64,000 nucleotides of DNA. Origin: the human T2T-CHM13v2.0 reference genome, Homo sapiens. The first letter of the stretch is position 1; each line of letters opens with the position of its first letter. Of the stretch, positions 59,131 through 64,000 are shown piece after piece. The stretch is from the NCBI RefSeq assembly GCF_009914755.1, contig NC_060935.1; one strand, 5' to 3'. A program made the translations under genes and the position numbers. The notes beneath the pieces are model-generated. The model was not told the origin of the DNA and did no database searches. It saw nothing but the letters and a program-made list of their open reading frames with translations.

Positions 59131-61544
59131 AAGCTCAATGCCTGGGATCAAAGTGAGCATTAGCATTCACTGAGTGTGTGATGAATAAATGACTGAATAA
59201 TAAAAAACAGTATTCCCATTTTGGAATACATAACCTTCATCTTCTGTAATGAATATAAAGTATGTTCAGTCCTAAATAATGTATCTAAATTAACTATTTC
59301 TGGGTATACTGATGATTAACGTTTCATCTGGAGTATGCAGGGCTCACACAAGTAATAGGGTAAGTGAGATATTTCTACTATAATCAAGGAAACAAATCAG
59401 AAGAAGCATTTTAAAGTATAATGGAAAGAATAATACAGAATCATAGAGGTGAGAGGATTCTTACATTACTATATTCAATTCAGGACTTTCTGGCAAAACT
59501 TTCAAACTTGGCTCAGTCAGCACCTCCACTGTGAGGTCTTCTCTTATGTGATTTTCCTTTCTTCAGTTCCTATCCAACCCATGCCCTCTCCTAAAAGAAA
59601 CAAACACTCCTTCTTCTATATGACTCCTGTTCTTGGCATGAGCTTAAAACCAGATATATCTTGGACTCGCCACATTTTAGTTGTATCACTAAAGGCACTT
59701 AAAATCTCTGGGCAATGATACTTATTCGTAATGCCATATACATGATACCTACTGGCCATTAAATACATGTAGTCAGAATAAATACATTTCATTTCATGGG
59801 GATATTATAAGAAAGAGAGACAGTACTCAGAAAGCCCTTGATGCAAAGCAGGGTCTCAATGACATCTACAGAGTACTGTAGCTGATGTGTCTATTACTGT
59901 ATTCATCCCACTCTTTTATAGTTATTTTGCATTACTTTGCTGTCTCTCCCTCAATTATGAGCTCCTCATGGACAATATTGTTTATTCATCTCTGTGTTTA
60001 TAGTGCATGGTATTTACTAGGTACTCAGCGATTATTGGCTACAGTGGGCCATTGAGGAATGGCTGGAAGTCCTTACCTTTAAGATCCACAGCACTGGGTA
60101 AGAAAGGGAGAGTCAATGCTAGACAAGCTGAAGGAGTGAGAGGGAGAAAAAGAGGGAGGGAGAATCCTTAACACCTATAATGGAACTCATTAAAAAAAGA
60201 GACTATTCCAAGAGCATCCTCACCCAGGAACTCTGTGACTCCTGCATTCTCAGTCTTTCCCCCTGCCCAGCTATTGAGCTAAGATTGCTTATCTATCAGT
60301 GTGTGTGTCCTAACTCCACAATTTAATGATCCATCTCAGTGGCCCTTCCTTTCTTCCTCTGGTGCTCTCTTGCCTTGCTGCCTTTGCCTTTGAGCTCATG
60401 GTCACACTTTATATAACATAATTACAGATCAGTTTGACTCCTCAGCTCCCAGAATGCAAGAGGTTACTCTTTTAATTGCAGTGAGTTCTTTTAAGTTCCC
60501 GCTTATTTTTAATTATGAATGCCTGAAGCTGGCTGGCCATGGTATTACTTTCAGCTGTGAAGAAAGAAATAAGCCCAAGAAGCAGAGAAGAAGTAATAGA
60601 AATCCCATTTTCATGCAAATTGCCCCGGTGACAAAGAAATGTGGAGAACAGAGACTTATTCCTGCATTCCTGAGAGGTGACACTGGCCTTTGAAAATGTC
60701 CAGCTCCACATTTAGAAGCGACTTAGAAAAAACTGGCTCATTACACAATAGTTACAGGCCCCAAAAAAACAGTAACTCAACTCCTTTCCTATGTTTGTTT
60801 CATTTCTGATATTTTGATTGACAGGATGGGCCTTGAGCAACACTTCTATGTTTTAAAAAATTCTGCCTTCAGGAAACGAAACTCCTCAGCCTAGCACCTA
60901 AGACTTTTTTCAATAAAGAGCTCCAGTAGCTACTATCCATAAGTAAGAATCCTCTTTTCTCACATTGCCCCTGTGGTTGCTACAGGCAAACATTATTATT
61001 ATTTTTTTTCCTATTTGCCTGGTACAGCATTGAACACCACAATTATGACCTTATCATCATTATTATTATCATCTAATAATCTTAAAGTATTATTAATTTC
61101 AGTTTATTACATTAAACTGTTTATTATTAGAAACCAACTTTTAATTGCCACAAGTCTGCCCGGTCCCTAAGTGTATTCCTGCCAAAGGCCCCCATTACTG
61201 CCAAGTTCCTCATTACTAAAATACAGACCAGCTTGGGGCACCTTCAAGACAGGTGAAGTTATCTTCAGCAGAATCAGTCCTTGCTTATTAGGTGGTCTCT
61301 CCTGCTCAGTCATTGCCTGTCTCTGCTCTGAGGCATCTGCAGAATTAGAAGGGTGAGGAAAGGGGAAGAATATTTTTCACTGACCTGGTGCCTACCTGTT
61401 CCAAGAAATATACTAGGTGCTTTATTCATAGTCTTTAATTTAAATCTGGAATGACCCTGTGGGGAAAAAAAAAAAGTATAACTAGCCCTAGTTTTCAGAT
61501 GAGAAAACTGAGGCTCAAATAATTTATGCAATTTACAAATCTAT

Positions 61545-61999
61545 TGTCTTGGTTTGGGTTCCCCAGAGGCAGGTACTGAGAGAAGGAGTTGATTACAAGT
61601 AGATTATTTGGAAGAACACACCTGTAGAAGTCAGGCAGTGAGATAAGTAAGGGAAGGTCTGTGACGAGAAGTGCTTTATCAAGCCAGCAGTCACCAAACT
61701 GGGACCCACTGGAGCACAGTCTATGGTAAGACCTGAGTTTCACTGGATTGTCCCAAGTGAGAGAAAATGAAACTGAAGTGTCATTCACAAACTTTTGTCA
61801 GCCATTGCTTAATGACTGTCGCAAGGATGTTAGTTCCCTGCCCCATCCAGTCTTCCAGGCAGAGTGGTCCTTTCCCTGTTTCAGAGAAAGTGCTCATTCA
61901 AAGAAATGCAGATACAGGTAAGTGGAGTTATTTGTTACTCACTGAAGAGGTAGGGACTAATAGATATAAGGAAAGCAGGGATCAACCATATCTGCTATA
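61545..61999 (-). mobile_element. LTR16-family ERVL LTR inside a MIR
   Basis: tgtcttggtttgggttccccagaggcag...caagtagattatttgg; MIR sequence on both sides. Confidence 0.65.
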
Positions 62000-62619
62000 G
62001 CCACATAATTAATAAAGATCAAAAGAGGAATTCAAACCCAGAGTCACCCGACTCTAAAGCCTATGATCATTCTACTACAGTATACCGCATCACATGCCTA
62101 TAGAAAGATTAAGACTAAATATAACTGGAAGTATGTTTGCCAGTCTGTATTCAGGATCTATACCATGCACACAGAACAAAATATTAAAGTTACCAAATAC
62201 TCAGTACGCAACTGAATTCATAGCCTGACAAAAATGGGCATGCCTTCTCCTCTCATACTGCCACTTCCTTCAGGAAAGAACATGCTATGTCAATACCCCG
62301 TTTAGTACACTACCTTCACCCCACCCCAAGGTCCTACCATATCTCCTGTAGAACTAGCACACCCTTTTCATGGCCAGAAGAAAGGAAAGCCCCCAGATGG
62401 CTAGTTCTCCCAGCTTTCTAAGGAAGTAGTATCACCGAGACGCCTTCTGTCATGCTCTGGGCCATCACACCTCCAAGAGCTGCTGGAGGGAAGATTTGCA
62501 CAATACCATCTATATTAAACAATTATCCATCTTCTTCCAGGAGACTACCAAGACCAAGGACAGCAGCTACTCACCCTACATTTGCTAGTGCCAGTTTCCC
62601 CCCAGTCTTCTACCATCAT

Positions 62620-64000
62620 CCTGGTCTTGCATTGTGCATCCTAGAACTCAGTCACCTATCAGCACACTCCTCTAACTTTTCAACTGCTGTCTCAAAGTTC
62701 TTGTCTTCTATCTCTTGTCTTACCTGGCCAACAATTACACCTTATTTCCCTGTAACTATCTTTAGTGTGGCTAGTTTTGTTTTTATTCCCACATCAGAGA
62801 CTGGGTGTGAGGTGGCTGTTTCTTTCTCCCTTCTTTCAAACATTTTCATCTTCCTCCTTCTTCAAAAACATAATTTATTTGAAATAGACAACATTAGACT
62901 TTATCACACAATCATCTTTCTGATTGCTGTCAACTACCTGCCTCCTCTTCAATCTCCTCATTCACTGATGATTTTAGCACCTGGTTTGCTATTTCTTCTT
63001 CATCTCTATTCATTCCAAAATTCTTAGCAATTTTTAAGATTCATTTGGATGATCCATTCAATACTTTTTTTCACTCTGTTCTTTACATTCAGCTCCATTG
63101 ATTTTTCCTCCATCTCACCTGTTATGAACTCAATATTTGCTCCCCACCCCCAAAAACAACAACAAAAAACTTATATTTTGGAAGTCTAACTCCCAGTATA
63201 GTGGTATTTGGAGATGTGGTCCTTGGAAGGTAACTCGGGTTAGTTAGGTCCTGAGGGTGGGGCCCTCATGATGGGATTAGTGACCTTATAAAAGAAAAAA
63301 ACATTCTCTTTCTCTCTTTCTGTCTCTCTCTGTCTCCAGATCTCTCTCCATGTTCACAGTGAGGAAAGTCCATGTAAGAAGACAGCCACCACCATAGGTC
63401 AGGAAGAGAGCTCTCACCAGCATCCAATCATGCTGGTGCTCTGATCTTGAAGTTCCAGTCTCTGGTACTGTGACAAAATATATTTTCGTTTTTAAGCAGC
63501 CAGTTTATAGTGCTTTGTTATGGCAGCCTGAGCTATTACATCCCCACCATCCACAATTATTTTACCACTTCCTCCATGTCCAGGTCACTTACTTTTACAC
63601 CCCCATACTGGCCTCCTTAATCTTAATTAAAATCATTTATACTTCTCCTTTTGTTTTCCATCTATTCCATTTCTTCTTTTTCTTACTTACCTCCTTATTC
63701 AGCTGAGACCATGTGGCTCAACACTATAACCACTCCTTTGCAAACATAGTTAATTATATTCCCTTCACCCTTCTTTCCTGGGAGAGCTCTAAACCTATGT
63801 AAATCTATTTAAATATAATTATCCTACCAACTCTGTTTCTTCACGTGACAACTAAACATTCTAGGAGATACACACAGCTTTGCTGACTGGTCTCACTTTA
63901 GAAGTATGACCAAAAATCCTAGGAGGTATTCCAGAATTCCTGGTGATCCTACAATCCTTCCTTAATACATTTGTCTTTCAACTCACCAGATGAATATTTT
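62620..64000 (+). mobile_element. L2 LINE including the endonuclease-coding region, interrupted by an MLT1A LTR
   Basis: FEIDNIRLYHTIIFLIAVNYLPP in ORF 62452..63027 resembles the L2 APE endonuclease (IAVIYRPP); attcatttggatgatcca corresponds to the IHxDDP after GDFN. Confidence 0.65.
63120..63540 (+). mobile_element. MLT1A-type solo LTR
   Basis: TG...CA ends; gagggtggggccctcatgatgggattagtg; near-TSD tcacc / tcccc. Confidence 0.88.

Overview
AT-rich, CpG-depleted primate (most likely human) genomic DNA. It looks like deep intron or intergenic sequence: I found no host exon, RNA gene or CpG island. The window is mostly interspersed repeats: a near-full-length dead L1PA7/8-type LINE-1 (~2130-8296, +), an ancient L1MB-like element with both termini (~24955-30603, -), seven Alus, an MST-family MaLR provirus, a solo LTR12, older LTRs (LTR33-, LTR16-, MLT1- and MER21-like), MER5/MER58 DNA-transposon fossils, many MIR/L2/L3 fragments and microsatellites. 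The ORFs I can assign are retroelement remnants; the rest look like chance ORFs. I do not see a new multi-gene system. The most unusual structure is the MST provirus (16298-18344): its 5' LTR is replaced by a ~32-bp inverted copy of the LTR 3' end, yet it is bracketed by a perfect 5-bp TSD, so it apparently integrated using two U5 ends. Other points of interest are a ~230-bp local duplication inserted into a MIR, a strong CTCF motif, a palindromic RFX X-box, a nested AT-rich palindrome patchwork and an L2 retaining its endonuclease region. Repeat subfamily names come from recalled consensus sequences, and boundaries of old repeats are approximate; RepeatMasker/Dfam should confirm them.
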